Shown here one piece after another: positions 37,334 to 45,543 of a DNA stretch of 49,041 nt; the first letter of the stretch is position 1, and each line of letters starts with the position of its first letter. The notes beneath the pieces are model-generated. The model worked only from the letters and a program-made list of their open reading frames with translations, was not told the DNA's origin and did not search any database. The stretch covers positions 1 to 49,041 of the forward strand of contig CAYIOW010000002.1 in assembly GCA_964365275.1 (NCBI GenBank), written 5' to 3'. The stretch is from an uncultured Gammaproteobacteria bacterium. Its GTDB lineage: Bacteria; Patescibacteriota; Patescibacteriia; UBA9934; UBA11717. The translations under genes were made by a program, and so were the position numbers.

Positions 37334-39352
37334 ATGGCGATTGATTACAAAAAAGCGTTGAATGAAGAACAGATGCGCGCGGTTGAAAACGGCGGAGGGC
37401 CATGCTTGGTTTTAGCCGGCGCCGGCTCCGGTAAAACACGCACGATTGTATATCGTGTCGCGTGGCTTTTAGAACACGGGGTGTCGTCTTCATCCATTTT
37501 ACTCGTAACTTTTACAAACAAAGCGGCGCGAGAGATGACGGATAGATTAGAAGTATTGCTAGGCGAAAAACCGCAAGGGTTATGGGCCGGAACATTTCAC
37601 GCAATTGGAAGCAGGGTTTTGCGGATGTACGGACGCGAAATAGGCGTGAAAGAAAACTTTACGATATTGGATTCGGACGACAGCGAGCGATTGCTGAAAA
37701 CATGTATTAAATCGGAAGGGTTGGCAGAGCGCGGGCGGTTTCCTTCGGCATCCGTACTGCAGAGCGCGATTAGTTATTCAAAGAACAGCGATAAGCCGTT
37801 TGTGGAAGTATTGGAAGAACGATTACCGCATTTTGATTCGGTATCGGAAATTATAAGAAGAATAGCGAAGATGTACGAAGATAAAAAACGCGAGAGCGGC
37901 TGTTTGGATTTTGACGATTTATTGGTTTCGTGGCGGGAGCTTCTCGCGAAATCGGAAACGGTGAAGTCGCGCCTTGCAAAACAATTCCAATATATTCTCG
38001 TTGACGAGTTCCAGGATACGAATGTTCTTCAAGCGGATATCGTTTCGTATCTTGCGAGCCATCATAATAATTTATTGGTGGTTGGCGACGATGCGCAGAG
38101 TATTTACTCGTTTCGCGCGGCGAATGTTCGTAATATTTTAGATTTTGAAAAGCGGTTTCCAAACACGCGCACATATCGTTTGGAGGAAAACTATCGTTCA
38201 GTGCCGGAGATTTTGGAAGTGGCGAACGCGTCAATTGTTCATAATGAGAATCGTCTGGATAAAACCTTGCGTACTACACGATTGTCAGCCGCGCGGCCTC
38301 GTCTTGTGTTTGCTCCATCTGTTCGGGAAGAAGCAAAGACAATCGCGGACGCAATTGACAGTTTATTATTTGGCGGAATGCCGGCGGAAAATATCGCGGT
38401 TTTGTTTCGCGCCGCATACCAATCACAAGCGCTGGAATTTGAACTTTTACGCCGCGGACATATATACGAATATCGCGGAGGTTTGCGGTTCTTTGAACGG
38501 GCGCACATTAAGGATGCGCTTGCGGCGCTTCGCATTTTGGAAAATCCAAAAGACGAGGCATCATGGCTTCGTATTTTGTCGCTCGCTCCAGGAATCGGTC
38601 CCACATCGGCATCGCAAATCTTTTCCCTCGTTTCCGGAGTTGATGCTGAAGTGTGGACAGATACAAACTTTTTGAAGCAGATTCCGGGAAGGGCTATGGC
38701 CGGTTTCAAGGAAATAGCAGAGTGGTTTTCCGGTATGCAAAAAGTGAGCAGAGTTGAAGAGCAGGTGCGCGCGTTTGTAAACTCTTCGTATGCGGAATAT
38801 TTGGAACGCGAATATCCGGATGCTACTGATAGGTTGCAGGACTTGGTTCAGCTTGCGTCGTTCGCCGATTCATACGAAACGAGGACGAGATTTTTGGAAG
38901 AAGCGACACTTTCTGACGCGTTCGGCGTGAAGAAAGATGTTTCGCGAAGTCGCTTGGTTCTTTCTACTATCCATCAGGCAAAAGGACTGGAATGGGAAGC
39001 GGTGTTTGTGATTTCATTGACCGACGGGGCATTTCCAAGCCGAAGGTCTTTTGACGATGACGCGGCAATAGAAGAAGAACGTCGGTTGTTCTATGTTGCC
39101 GTAACTCGCGCGAGAACGCATTTGACTTTATCGTCTCCAATGCGAACCGTTGGAGAAGAAGACGGATTTACCGCGCCGTCCAGATTCGTTCAAGAAATTC
39201 CAAGCTCACTTTTTTCTATTGAACGAAAACGAATGGGGTTTGATACTGTATTTGCGTCGTCTCTTTCATCTGGAGACGATGCGAGTCAGGGCGAATTCTT
39301 TGACGAAGATGCGATGCCGAAAAAGAAAAAAGGGTTTCTTTCAACAATATAA
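37334..39352 (+). CDS. pcrA: UvrD/PcrA-family ATP-dependent DNA helicase
   Basis: Walker A AGAGSGKTR, VDEFQDTN, VGDDAQSIYSFRAA, TIHQAKGLEW, YVAVTRAR. Confidence 0.9.
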   Translation: MAIDYKKALNEEQMRAVENGGGPCLVLAGAGSGKTRTIVYRVAWLLEHGVSSSSILLVTFTNKAAREMTDRLEVLLGEKPQGLWAGTFHAIGSRVLRMYGREIGVKENFTILDSDDSERLLKTCIKSEGLAERGRFPSASVLQSAISYSKNSDKPFVEVLEERLPHFDSVSEIIRRIAKMYEDKKRESGCLDFDDLLVSWRELLAKSETVKSRLAKQFQYILVDEFQDTNVLQADIVSYLASHHNNLLVVGDDAQSIYSFRAANVRNILDFEKRFPNTRTYRLEENYRSVPEILEVANASIVHNENRLDKTLRTTRLSAARPRLVFAPSVREEAKTIADAIDSLLFGGMPAENIAVLFRAAYQSQALEFELLRRGHIYEYRGGLRFFERAHIKDALAALRILENPKDEASWLRILSLAPGIGPTSASQIFSLVSGVDAEVWTDTNFLKQIPGRAMAGFKEIAEWFSGMQKVSRVEEQVRAFVNSSYAEYLEREYPDATDRLQDLVQLASFADSYETRTRFLEEATLSDAFGVKKDVSRSRLVLSTIHQAKGLEWEAVFVISLTDGAFPSRRSFDDDAAIEEERRLFYVAVTRARTHLTLSSPMRTVGEEDGFTAPSRFVQEIPSSLFSIERKRMGFDTVFASSLSSGDDASQGEFFDEDAMPKKKKGFLSTI

Positions 39353-39355
39353 AAT

Positions 39356-40501
39356 ATGGACATAAATGAACAAAGCATTGAGTTGCACAGGAAGTCAAAA
39401 GGAAAGTTGGCTACGGCGCTGACGGTGCCACTCGCTACGAGGGAGGATTTGTCGTTGGCGTATACGCCGGGGGTAGCGGCGCCGTGTTTGGAGATTGCGA
39501 AGAATCCGGAGGAGGTTTGGAACCTGACGATTAAATCGCATACCGTTGCGGTGATAACAGATGGGTCGGCGGTCTTGGGATTGGGAAATATTGGAGCCGA
39601 GGCATCACTTCCCGTTATGGAGGGGAAATGTGCGCTCTTCAAACGGTTTGCGGGGTTGGATGCGTTTCCGATTGCGATTAAGTCGCAAGATGTTGATGAA
39701 ATTGTTGAAACAGTTGTTCGCATCGCGCCGATTTTCGGCGGAATCAATCTTGAGGACATATCTGCGCCTAGGTGTTTTGAGGTGGAAGAGCGATTGAACG
39801 CGCTATTGGATATTCCGGTTATGCACGATGACCAGCATGGCACAGCCACCGTAATAGTCGCCGGGCTCATAAACGCGTTGAAGGTCGTAAATAAAAAAGC
39901 GGAAGATATAAAAGTTGTTTTCTCTGGCGCCGGAGCGGCGGGTTTGGCAAGCGCGAAGTTGCTCGTTCGCTTAGGAGTAAAGGATATCGTGATGGTGGAC
40001 AGTAATGGCGTGATTTCATCTGCACGCACCGACCTCAATGATTTCAAGAAAAGTATGGTTCAAATGAATATTCGCGATGTTCAGGGGACGCTTGCTGATG
40101 CTGTGAACGGAGCCGATGCGTTCGTGGGACTTTCAGCGCCGAGATTACTATCGGTTGAAATGGTGAAGACGATGGCACCTTCGGCGATCGTGTTTGCCAT
40201 GGCTAATCCCACGCCAGAAATTATGCCCGGTGAAGCGAAAGCGGCCGGCGCCGCGGTTGTTGCCAGTGGAAGGAGCGATTTTCCTAATCAGATAAACAAT
40301 GTTTTAGCATTCCCCGGCATTTTCAAAGGCGCGCTTCGGATTCGTGCCAGAAAAATTACAGAGGAGATGCAACTGAAGGCGGCGCGAGCTATTGCGTCTT
40401 TGGTGTCAGACCCGACGGCGGAGAAAATTGTTCCGTCCCCGTTTGATGCAGGCGTCGCGGATGCCGTTGCAGATGCGGTTGCTTCAATAAATGATGTATA
40501 A
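39356..40501 (+). CDS. NAD(P)-dependent malic enzyme (short form)
   Basis: LSLAYTPGVAAPC, FGGINLEDISAPRCF, HDDQHGTA, GAGAAG. Confidence 0.88.
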   Translation: MDINEQSIELHRKSKGKLATALTVPLATREDLSLAYTPGVAAPCLEIAKNPEEVWNLTIKSHTVAVITDGSAVLGLGNIGAEASLPVMEGKCALFKRFAGLDAFPIAIKSQDVDEIVETVVRIAPIFGGINLEDISAPRCFEVEERLNALLDIPVMHDDQHGTATVIVAGLINALKVVNKKAEDIKVVFSGAGAAGLASAKLLVRLGVKDIVMVDSNGVISSARTDLNDFKKSMVQMNIRDVQGTLADAVNGADAFVGLSAPRLLSVEMVKTMAPSAIVFAMANPTPEIMPGEAKAAGAAVVASGRSDFPNQINNVLAFPGIFKGALRIRARKITEEMQLKAARAIASLVSDPTAEKIVPSPFDAGVADAVADAVASINDV

Positions 40502-40502
40502 T
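40495..40502 (+). promoter_or_regulatory. -10 element TGTATAAT, 16 nt before the ATG at 40519
   Basis: It lies within the last codons of the malic enzyme gene. Confidence 0.4.
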
Positions 40503-40518
40503 TTGGAATGAGCAGTGT

Positions 40519-41187
40519 ATGTCAAGATATCAGATAACAAACGAATGGGGGAGGCACAATCGCGGGCCTGTTTTTGTGCGCCGACGGAGATTTAATTGGT
40601 TCGGCGTAGTTTGCGCCGCTATTATGGTAGTTATCGCCGGAAGTTGGTTTGTAAACAATAACGATGATGCGCCGGCAGTCGTAAATAATGAGAAGCTTGA
40701 TGTTGGTGGAAGCGGCACCGGTGGAGCGATTGAAGAGGTGTTGTCAGGGAAGGTGCTTTCAATTCCAATTTCGGGACAAGAGGTTATTGATTCTACCGGC
40801 TCCGGTGAAGCTGACATCGCTCAAAGCACAAAAGATGTAAAGGTGAACGCGAAGTCAATGGAAGCGATTTTAGCGTCGGAGACGGGAAGGCAGGGTTCGG
40901 GAACGGCGACAAGTTCGTTTTTGGACGGAGAGTTTCAACATATTGTCGTTTCAAATCTTCCAGACCCAGGTGCCGGATATTTTTATGAAGTGTGGTTGAT
41001 TCGCTCCAAACCGTTTGATTTCTTTTCAACGGGTCGCTTGATTCAGCATGCCGACGACTTAAAGTGGTATTTGATATATTCCGGCAAGGAAGACAAAACG
41101 GATTTTCTTAAAGTTGTCGTAACAATAGAAAAAGACGACAGAAACGCGGCGCCAGGAGAACATATTCTGGAAGGAATATTAAAGTAA
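40519..41187 (+). CDS. membrane-anchored protein with an RskA-like (anti-sigma-K C-terminal) domain
   Basis: One TM (FGVVCAAIMVVIAGSWF). YFYEVWLIRSKPFDFFSTGRL resembles the RskA extracytoplasmic domain. Confidence 0.4.
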   Translation: MSRYQITNEWGRHNRGPVFVRRRRFNWFGVVCAAIMVVIAGSWFVNNNDDAPAVVNNEKLDVGGSGTGGAIEEVLSGKVLSIPISGQEVIDSTGSGEADIAQSTKDVKVNAKSMEAILASETGRQGSGTATSSFLDGEFQHIVVSNLPDPGAGYFYEVWLIRSKPFDFFSTGRLIQHADDLKWYLIYSGKEDKTDFLKVVVTIEKDDRNAAPGEHILEGILK

Positions 41188-41188
41188 C

Positions 41189-41285
41189 AAATAATATTCT
41201 CTATATGCCCTCCCTCTGCCAAGACATCGCAAACGAATACAACGAACTCATTAAATTAAGAGACGCCTTTCTAATTGAGCATAAT
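41189..41285 (+). repeat. 97-nt direct repeat, copy 1 (94/97 identical to 48801-48897)
   Basis: It covers 16 nt upstream plus the first 27 codons (MPSLCQDIANEYNELIKLRDAFLIEHN) of a small gene. Confidence 0.9.
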
Positions 41286-41348
41286 ATATGTCGCAATATT
41301 CACCGGAGCAGATGGAGGAAATTAGAAGGATTGAGGCAGAGAATCTAA
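41205..41348 (+). pseudogene. possible 5' fragment / truncated paralog of the gene at 48817
   Basis: The first 27 codons are identical. It then diverges into an arginine-rich 20-aa tail and ends at TAA. Confidence 0.4.
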
Positions 41349-41392
41349 TAAATGGATGGCGTGTCGTATCCGATGAAATAATATTGGTATGA
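41288..41392 (+). CDS. small ORF (34 aa) coupled to the downstream gene by an ATGA overlap
   Basis: MSQYSPEQMEEIRRIEAENLINGWRVVSDEIILV. It starts exactly where the repeat ends, and its stop overlaps the ATG at 41389. Confidence 0.3.
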   Translation: MSQYSPEQMEEIRRIEAENLINGWRVVSDEIILV

Positions 41393-42312
41393 TATTCGTA
41401 ACGAGTTATATTGGGCCGGATATGGACGGAACGGCGTGTGCGATCGCGTATGCCGAGCTGATGAACCGGCTGGGAGTAGAAGCGGAAGCGGCTATTATGG
41501 GAGAACCGACAGTGGAAGCGGTGTTTGTGTTGAACATATTGAGTGTGTCAAGCTTTCTAAAGCGTGAGAAGTTTAAAGTTACCGACAAGATAGTGTTGTT
41601 GGACGCGAGCGAGGCGAGGTTTTTTGTTGGGCGGTTAGCTCCCGAACAGGTGATTGAAGTAATTGACCACAGAATGGTTAATGAAGCGGAGAAGTTCGTC
41701 AACGCGAAGATTCAAATTGAAATGGTTGGCGCGGCGGCGACTTTGGTGGCGGAACGATTTCGTGAGGCAAATATTATGCCAAGCGAGACGAGCGCGCGGT
41801 TACTTCAAGCGGCTATTATCTCAAATACACAGAACTTTCAATCAAAAACTACAACCGAGCAAGACCATAATATGATGAAGTGGCTAGATGAACTTGCGCC
41901 ACTTCCAGACGGATTTGTCCATAAGATGTTTGAAGCGAAGTCGGATTTTGTCGGTGATAAATTGGCGATTGCGATGGACGCGGAGGCGGGAAGCAATGTT
42001 ATGAACGGAAAAACAGTAAGCTGTGTACAGCTTGAAATGATTGGCTCCGCGGTTTTAGTGCGTGACAGAAAAAACGAGATAATAGAGATTTTATCTCGTA
42101 TGAAAACCGAGAATGGCTATGACTATATTTACGCTTCTTTTTTGGATATAGAAGAAAAGGTAAATCGTATTCTGTGCGACGATATGTCGTTTCAGTCGTT
42201 TCTTTCCAAGGCGCTTGATATAAACTTTGAGAATGGTTTGGCTTTAAGAAATGAAATTATTATGCGCAAAGAAATTACACCTTTGCTAAAGATCGTTTTG
42301 GAGACATTGTAA
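41389..42312 (+). CDS. DHH/DHHA2-family phosphoesterase (family II pyrophosphatase-like)
   Basis: 307 aa. The N-terminal GPDMDGTACAIAYAEL (DxD motif) and IDHR (a DHH-like motif with R in third position) match the size and layout of PpaC/NrnA-like proteins. Confidence 0.55.
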   Translation: MIFVTSYIGPDMDGTACAIAYAELMNRLGVEAEAAIMGEPTVEAVFVLNILSVSSFLKREKFKVTDKIVLLDASEARFFVGRLAPEQVIEVIDHRMVNEAEKFVNAKIQIEMVGAAATLVAERFREANIMPSETSARLLQAAIISNTQNFQSKTTTEQDHNMMKWLDELAPLPDGFVHKMFEAKSDFVGDKLAIAMDAEAGSNVMNGKTVSCVQLEMIGSAVLVRDRKNEIIEILSRMKTENGYDYIYASFLDIEEKVNRILCDDMSFQSFLSKALDINFENGLALRNEIIMRKEITPLLKIVLETL

Positions 42313-43521
42313 TTAGCGTGGTATTTGGGCGCGGAAACCGCCGATTGCGCGTGTTGCCGGCGATAGTATGACTGATGCCGGACGAAAAATACGAGAGCCG
42401 AAACGAGAGCGGAGACGATCGGCGAAAGGTAAGAGCGCCGTGCGGCGGTTTGTTTTTTTATCAGTAGACAGTTGGATGGAGTTTGGCGCGAAGTCGTGAA
42501 GAGAGATGCCTATAAGCCGGATAGGCGATGAGTCGGCTATGATTAAGAGATGAGACAGAGCAGTTTCAAAAAATATAAGTCCGTCTGTTGTGGGGGAGGT
42601 GAGTGTGAATTGTTTGGAAACAAACGACAGGTCGCCGAAGCGAACCGTGAGCGTGATACGCCTTGCCGATAAATTATGACGACGCAAACGAAATGCCGTC
42701 ATTTCGGACAGAAGGAGGAGGGTGCTTCGTAGGAGCGCGTTGTTTGTTGTGTCAAATGGCAATGTGGTGCTGTGGCCGATTGATTTTGGGTCGTTAATAT
42801 TCGGCGATACGGGCGACGTGTCTATTCCGCGAACGGCGTTGAATATGAAATTGCCATATGAGTGAAACTCTGAAACGAGTTCGCTTACAGATATTCTTTG
42901 CGCGTCTACGGTAGTTTGTATTCCCCACCTCTCTTCCAAGTGTCGTAAAATTGAATTACCGATTCCGGGGATTGCGCCAAGCGATTGTTTGGCTACAAAA
43001 CTGGCTTCTTCGCCGGAGTTTACAATTGTAATTCCGTTTGGTTTTTCACATTCAGACGCCATTTTAGCGAGAAGTTTGTTGGGCGCGATACCGACTGAAA
43101 CTGTAAGACACTGTCCGAGTTCGCGACGAATATCATTTCTTATGCGCAAAACGATGGCTAGTGCGTCCAAAGTATCATGCGTGATATCGGTTATGTTCAT
43201 AAACGCCTCATCTATGGAAAAAATCTCTACGGCTTCGGTGTATCGTTTCAAAATAGATACGAAATGTTCAGAAACCTCGCTGTAGTAATCCGCGTTTCCT
43301 GGAACCAATATTAGTTCAGGACAGATTCTCATTGCCTCCGCCGTACTTATGCCGGTTTTTACTCCGCGGGCTTTTGCTTCGCGTGATGCGGTGGAGACGA
43401 TGGTGCGCTCTCCTGGTTTTCCCCCAACGGCAATGGCTTTACCGCGCAGAAACGGATTAGCTTGCTGTTCTGCGCTCGCGAAAAAAGAGTTGAAGTCAAT
43501 GTGAAGTATTGTTTGAGTCAT
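42313..43521 (-). CDS. dinB: DNA polymerase IV (Y-family)
   Basis: Start at MTQTILHIDFNSFFASAEQ. SIDEAF; the little-finger region is present. The ORF track extension to 43560 was rejected. Confidence 0.92.
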   Translation of the reverse strand: MTQTILHIDFNSFFASAEQQANPFLRGKAIAVGGKPGERTIVSTASREAKARGVKTGISTAEAMRICPELILVPGNADYYSEVSEHFVSILKRYTEAVEIFSIDEAFMNITDITHDTLDALAIVLRIRNDIRRELGQCLTVSVGIAPNKLLAKMASECEKPNGITIVNSGEEASFVAKQSLGAIPGIGNSILRHLEERWGIQTTVDAQRISVSELVSEFHSYGNFIFNAVRGIDTSPVSPNINDPKSIGHSTTLPFDTTNNALLRSTLLLLSEMTAFRLRRHNLSARRITLTVRFGDLSFVSKQFTLTSPTTDGLIFFETALSHLLIIADSSPIRLIGISLHDFAPNSIQLSTDKKTNRRTALLPFADRLRSRFGSRIFRPASVILSPATRAIGGFRAQIPR

Positions 43522-43529
43522 ATTGTTTA

Positions 43530-43787
43530 TTATTCTGCGAACATTTCTATAAGACGCCACTCCAATGTATCGGTATTGAAAGAGAGTTTAAAGAAATTCG
43601 TATTGTCGCTTACGGAGAAGAAAAAGCGTTTTGTACTTCCTTCATTAATACTGTGCACTGAATGCATGGTACGAATATCGTAAACTCGCCCGTTCCATGC
43701 CATAGAACGAGGAAGAACACGCAGACCGCAAAAGTCAACGCGTACTTCCACCGGTTCGTTTATGTTTTCTTGTGGCATAATTAACAT
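43530..43787 (-). CDS. hypothetical 85-aa protein immediately upstream of dinB
   Basis: Its stop lies 8 nt before the dinB ATG. No motif recognised. Confidence 0.45.
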   Translation of the reverse strand: MLIMPQENINEPVEVRVDFCGLRVLPRSMAWNGRVYDIRTMHSVHSINEGSTKRFFFSVSDNTNFFKLSFNTDTLEWRLIEMFAE

Positions 43788-43800
43788 AATTCGCGATATA

Positions 43801-43823
43801 AAAGAAAGCCCCCTTGCGGGGAC
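43801..43823 (-). terminator. GCAA-tetraloop hairpin plus U-run at the 3' end of the structured RNA region
   Basis: On the minus strand, GTCCCC-GCAA-GGGGGC followed by TTTCTTT. Confidence 0.55.
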
Positions 43824-43826
43824 TTT

Positions 43827-44273
43827 TGGTGGTTAGACCAGCATTGCTCGTCCCCATAAATATAAAACTTTTGTATCTATCTGTCAAACTCTGGAGCCGT
43901 GGAGGTGCGGGGATTTGCACCCCGATAGCAATTGTTGACGAGCAATGCTATGTACTAAACCACCCCCACGGATTTCAATGTTCAACGATAGCTTCTAGTG
44001 TCTATCTATGAGCGCGATATATAGTTATGCGAGCTGTTCAGCGTGGTGAGTTATTCGAATCTCGCCAAATTTCAGCATCATTAACCATGCTCGGACACGA
44101 CCCCCGTCTATCCAAGTGTGACAAATGATGTGATTAATAACTGAACAGCTCGTGATTTAATTGTGCGTCGTCCATGTTTCGGCGCACAGTTTTGCCTACA
44201 TGGATGGTGAGGCAAAACTATGCGTCGTGCAGGTTTGGTTTGATTGTGTCAGCGAAGATAGAGTAGGCAACCG
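43827..44273 (-). ncRNA. unclassified structured non-coding region between lexA and orf85-dinB
   Basis: No credible ORF. 12-bp long-range pair 44030-44041 / 44141-44152. 10-bp hairpin 44188-44197 / 44210-44219. 13-bp perfect pair 43840-43852 / 43937-43949, extended by GGTGGTT.AG / CTAACCACC. Confidence 0.45.
43897..43971 (-). ncRNA. tRNA-like module (G3:U70, A73, T-arm CGGGG-TGCAAAT-CCCCG, no D-arm, no encoded CCA)
   Basis: On the minus strand, CCGT-GGGGGTG ... CACCTCC-ACGG forms an 11-bp helix with a G-U at the third acceptor pair. It encloses the hairpin TAGCATTG..CAATTGCTA and a T-arm-like hairpin. Confidence 0.45.
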
Positions 44274-44894
44274 TTAGGCGGTTTGGAATTTGCGGATAAC
44301 GGCGCGGACTACTCCCTGGACTATTACATCGCGAACAAAAATGGGTTGCATTTCACGGTTTGCCGGCTGGAGACGAATGCGATTTGTCTCGCGATAAAAT
44401 CGTTTGAGTGTGGCGTAAGTATTATCTAGCAGGGCAACGACAACATCGCCGTTTTTCGGGTAATTGCTTCGTTCCACAACTACATAGTCGCCGTCAAAAA
44501 TCCCGTCTTCAATCATAGAATTCCCCTTCACGCGTAAAACATACGAGTTCATATGGTCTACAACAAAATCAGATGGTATCGCCATTGTTTCCTTTGTTTC
44601 TATCGCTTCAATCGGGGCTCCGGCGGCAATGAGTCCTGCGAGCGGTAGGTTAAAAATTCCGTGTCCCCAAGTTTCCTTCGGCTCAACCACTTCAATAGAA
44701 CGCGCCAACCCTTCCTCCCCACTCATCAGATACCCTTTTTCAATTAATGCCTGCACATGCTGAAACGCGGTTGCAGGTGACGCGAGTTCAAAATGGTCGG
44801 CAATCTCGCGATACGATGGCGCATACCCTTCGTCTTTAACAAACCCCTTTATGAAGGAGAACACTTCGGTTTGTTTGCGAGTGAGTGTTGGCAT
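44274..44894 (-). CDS. lexA: LexA repressor
   Basis: Start at MPTLTRKQTEVFSFI (wHTH). The C-terminal S24 peptidase has VKGNSM (Ser) and LKRF (Lys). The ORF track extension to 44957 was rejected. Confidence 0.9.
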   Translation of the reverse strand: MPTLTRKQTEVFSFIKGFVKDEGYAPSYREIADHFELASPATAFQHVQALIEKGYLMSGEEGLARSIEVVEPKETWGHGIFNLPLAGLIAAGAPIEAIETKETMAIPSDFVVDHMNSYVLRVKGNSMIEDGIFDGDYVVVERSNYPKNGDVVVALLDNTYATLKRFYRETNRIRLQPANREMQPIFVRDVIVQGVVRAVIRKFQTA

Positions 44895-44968
44895 ACGGAA
44901 AGAATTAAAGAATTGTGCAATTGAATTCGTGCAACTGGTGGCAACAAATCGTTCCATTCAGTTCGCTC

Positions 44969-44993
44969 TTTGTTCGTAGTATACACGAACAAA
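44969..44993. promoter_or_regulatory. perfect palindrome TTTGTTCGT-AGTATAC-ACGAACAAA with an embedded -10 (TGTATACT on the minus strand); candidate LexA operator
   Basis: 9-bp arms with a 7-nt centre, 75 nt upstream of the lexA ATG. The arms contain GTTCG/CGAAC half-sites. Confidence 0.5.
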
Positions 44994-45067
44994 AACCGAA
45001 CGCAAGGGCAAACTGTGGATAAGTGACAAACAAAAAAGCGAGACACCGCGCCTCGCTTATCTGTTGC

Positions 45068-45406
45068 TTACTTTATCCCCTTATATAGCGTGATGAAAAG
45101 CCATACCGCCAAGAGCGCGACCGCATTCCAGATAATAAGTCCGGAAATAAAATAGCCGGCGCCGAAATAGTTTGAAGTGAACGACACATCCGCGTGCATA
45201 GAATACCGCATAAACGCTATTCTGCCGGCCGGATACATTGCTACGAATGCGTAGCAAACCACATACACTATACTTACCCACGCCGAAGTAACTTTTAGAA
45301 GGTGGTTTGTGTTTGTCATAAAAATAGTTGAAGAGTAAACTTTGTTTTGTCGACCTTTATGCGCCGATATCGTACTGGATGAATATAGTATATCATTTTC
45401 GGTCAA
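45068..45406 (-). CDS. small membrane protein
   Basis: Two or three hydrophobic spans. The true start may be the internal M at 45319 (MTNTNHLL). Confidence 0.5.
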   Translation of the reverse strand: MTENDILYSSSTISAHKGRQNKVYSSTIFMTNTNHLLKVTSAWVSIVYVVCYAFVAMYPAGRIAFMRYSMHADVSFTSNYFGAGYFISGLIIWNAVALLAVWLFITLYKGIK

Positions 45407-45543
45407 GATATTGTTATATACAGAATATCGACCATGTACTATCGCACATTAGAGGCGTTTCGCATCAGCCGCGGCGCTCAACTTCTACAAGCCGGATGAT
45501 AATTTAATGAACTCGTTGCGCTAGATTCTTGAAACCAAGAAGT

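Noticed and set aside
39286-40047. A 253-aa ORF antisense to the malic enzyme gene. Similar long antisense ORFs occur at 30084..30623, 4145..4687, 11648..12184, 11706..12116, 16783..17151, 8588..9028 and 38239..38709.
   Set aside because: Each lies entirely within a well-supported gene on the opposite strand. The translations are low-complexity (S/A/R/P-rich) and carry no motifs. These are typical shadow ORFs.
43827-44273. A confident call of this region as tmRNA (ssrA).
   Set aside because: The size (about 370 nt from the lexA stop to the T-arm), the G3:U70 pair and A73 all fit tmRNA. Against it, the matching 5' acceptor strand lies only 36 nt upstream of the T-arm, there is no GGAUUCGAC-like D-analog, and the T-loop is not UUCGA. 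The only tag-like frame (GEIRITHHAEQLA-stop) does not end in a typical ..ALAA/..YA motif and lies inside a 12-bp helix. I left the region unclassified.
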